Shown piece by piece: positions 5,613 to 7,082 of a stretch of DNA of 7,082 nt; positions within the stretch are counted from its first letter, which is position 1, and each line of letters opens with the position of its first letter. The stretch is taken from the IMG/VR virus record IMGVR_UViG_2695420821_000006. The stretch is one strand, 5' to 3'. A model generated the notes under the pieces. It saw only the letters and a list, made by a program, of their open reading frames with translations, was not told where the DNA came from and searched no databases. Source of the stretch: a virus (taxonomy: Duplodnaviria; Heunggongvirae; Uroviricota; Caudoviricetes). The position numbers were made by a program, and so were the translations under genes.

Positions 5613-5776
5613 CGGTAAAACTGCGCCTGACTGTGGCTGCACTCCTGCTGTTTCTGGTGGTGATGGTGGATTTCACCAGCAGAATCATGTCGGTGCTGGC
5701 GGATGGGGTGCTGGTCTGCGGCATTATGGTATTGCTGTGGCCGGTGATAAAAAGAAACAGCCTGCATAATGCTTGA
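5609..5776 (+). CDS. Putative small membrane protein (about 55 aa, GTG start) coupled to the TerB-like frame
   Basis: GTG at 5609 overlaps the TerB-frame stop (GTGA). Translation (M)TVKLRLTVAALLLFLVVMVDFTSRIMSVLADGVLVCGIMVLLWPVIKRNSLHNA is hydrophobic with two potential helices. Followed by a T-rich stretch (5777-5790). An alternative ATG start is at 5663. Confidence 0.3.
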   Translation: MTVKLRLTVAALLLFLVVMVDFTSRIMSVLADGVLVCGIMVLLWPVIKRNSLHNA

Positions 5777-6090
5777 TTTTTTTGTTTGCTGTTTATTAAA
5801 AACACTTCTGCATGGTGAATCCCCCTGTGCGGTGGGGCAATCAGCAAGAAGGAATATGGGGTAATCGCGGATTCAGGTGCTGATACTGAATTCACCGGGA
5901 GGCACCCGGCACCATGCTTTGCCACAAAAGTGTTATTTCTGTTTTTCTCAAACTATCATCGTTATCCCTTTATTTTCGGCTGCGCATGGCGCGGCCTTTT
6001 TTTTACGACCAGCCACTGGCAGATGGTCATCCTGTGATTTGATTCCGCTTCCGGCTTTTTAACTCTGTTCCTCTACACGGGAGAAATTCG

Positions 6091-7082
6091 ATGTCGATTA
6101 AACATTATGATGTTGTCAGGGCGGCGTCGCCGTCAGACCTTGCGGAAAAGCTGACACACAAACTGAAAGAGGGCTGGCAGCCATACGGCGGACCGGTTGC
6201 CATTACGCCGTACACACTGATGCAGGCGGTGGCTATTGAAGGAGAGCCACAGGTCGGCCCTTCATCTGAGCCGGATTGGTACTACGTCATCGTACTGGCC
6301 GGGCAGTCCAATGCCATGGCTTACGGTGAAGGGCTTCCGCTGCCGGATTCATACGATGCTCCGGATCCGCGCATTAAACAGCTGGCGCGCCGCAGTACAG
6401 TGACGCCGGGCGGGGCTGCCTGCAGATATAACGATATTATTCCGGCTGACCACTGTCTGCATGATGTGCAGGATATGAGTACGCTGAATCATCCGAGGGC
6501 TGACCTGAGCAAAGGGCAGTACGGCTGTGTCGGCCAGGGTTTACATATTGCCAAAAAACTGCTCCCGTATATCCCGAATAACGCGGGGATCCTGCTGGTA
6601 CCATGCTGTCGTGGTGGTTCGGCATTTACCCAGGGCGCGGAGGGGACATTCAGCGAGTCCACGGGGGCCAGTCAGGATTCGGCACGCTGGGGGGTGGGCA
6701 AGCCGTTATATCAGGATCTGATTTCCCGCACAAAAGCGGCATTGCAGAAAAATCCCAAAAACGTTCTGCTGGCCGTCTGCTGGATGCAGGGTGAGTTTGA
6801 CATGAGCGCCGCCACCCACGCACAGCAACCTGCGCTGTTTACAGCCATGCTGACACAGTTTCGTGCTGACCTCTCCGTGTTTAACGCGCAGTGCCATGGT
6901 GGCAGCGCTGCAGATGTGCCGTGGGTTTGTGGTGACACGACGTATTACTGGAAAAATACATACGCTACCCAATACGACACCGTGTACGGCGGGTATAAAA
7001 ACAGGGAGAGTGAGGGCGTTTATTTTGTGCCCTTCATGACAGACGGTAACGGCGTCAATACCGCCACTAACGCGCCGGCAGA
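6091..7082 (+). CDS. nanS: Prophage-type NanS-p-like 9-O-acetyl-sialate esterase (DUF1737-like N-terminal domain + SASA/GDSL-like esterase domain); 3' end truncated by the window
   Basis: RBS GGGAGA 8 nt before the ATG at 6091. N-terminus MSIKHYDVVRAASPSDLAEKLTHKLKEGWQPYGGPV… resembles the DUF1737 domain, followed by YYVIVLAGQSNAMAYGEG with the GQSN catalytic-serine motif of sialate O-acetylesterases. Open frame runs to the window end (330 codons, no stop). Confidence 0.78.
   Translation, partial: MSIKHYDVVRAASPSDLAEKLTHKLKEGWQPYGGPVAITPYTLMQAVAIEGEPQVGPSSEPDWYYVIVLAGQSNAMAYGEGLPLPDSYDAPDPRIKQLARRSTVTPGGAACRYNDIIPADHCLHDVQDMSTLNHPRADLSKGQYGCVGQGLHIAKKLLPYIPNNAGILLVPCCRGGSAFTQGAEGTFSESTGASQDSARWGVGKPLYQDLISRTKAALQKNPKNVLLAVCWMQGEFDMSAATHAQQPALFTAMLTQFRADLSVFNAQCHGGSAADVPWVCGDTTYYWKNTYATQYDTVYGGYKNRESEGVYFVPFMTDGNGVNTATNAPA

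Noticed and set aside
5425-5925. Minus-strand ORFs 5425..5925 and 5448..5642, and plus-strand ORF 5482..5769
   Set aside because: They overlap the TerB-like frame, whose repeat structure identifies the true coding frame. Their translations are low-complexity (Pro/His/Ser-rich or Trp/Arg/Cys-rich) with no recognisable features.
5877-6062. ORF 5877..6062 (+), 61 aa, in the region upstream of nanS-p
   Set aside because: No RBS and a compositionally odd translation. The region more likely holds promoter or leader sequence for the esterase gene.
5777-6090. Possible tRNA genes, stx genes or Q antiterminator upstream of nanS-p, as found in Stx-phage late regions
   Set aside because: No tRNA-like T-arm motif (GTTCGAATC-type), no ORFs resembling StxA/StxB and no Q-like ORF were seen. 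The interval holds only short T-rich stretches and weak hairpins.
6437-6972. Minus-strand ORFs 6437..6625, 6706..6972 and 6711..6938, and plus-strand ORFs 6527..6721 and 6603..6794
   Set aside because: All lie within the long, domain-supported nanS-p-like reading frame and are antisense or off-frame.
1-7082. CRISPR array or rRNA genes
   Set aside because: No regularly spaced direct repeats with unique spacers anywhere in the window. The only repeats are the IS termini, the two ~32-bp repeats in the DUF551 gene and isolated palindromes. No rRNA-like sequence was recognised.

Overview
The window has three parts. (1) Positions 1-2454: a complete IS66-family insertion sequence on the minus strand (tnpA-tnpB-tnpC), with imperfect terminal inverted repeats beginning GTAAGCGT at both ends. 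(2) Positions 2471-4475: a tightly packed, translationally coupled plus-strand operon of seven small genes starting only 17 bp from the IS end. It encodes two ~60-aa very acidic proteins, a 119-aa unknown, a 171-aa protein with a PD-(D/E)xK-like motif, a 189-aa protein with a C-terminal DUF551-like domain, and two 27-32-aa hydrophobic peptides; it resembles a lambdoid-prophage nin-type accessory block. (3) Positions 4490-7082: a hok/mok/sok type I toxin-antitoxin locus with promoter, complementary 5'/3' mRNA ends and terminator; a TerB-domain reading frame that looks like a pseudogene (in-frame TAG, no in-frame start, possible frameshift at an A5 run) with a coupled small membrane ORF; and the 5' 992 bp of a prophage-type NanS-p-like sialate O-acetylesterase (DUF1737-like N-terminus plus SASA/GDSL-like domain), truncated by the window end. 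No rRNA, tRNA, CRISPR array, stx or Q antiterminator was seen. The best candidates for something undescribed are the acidic-protein/nuclease operon and a direct-repeat plus 12-bp palindrome embedded in the DUF551 gene. All family assignments are from reading the translations and motifs by eye; no database search was run.
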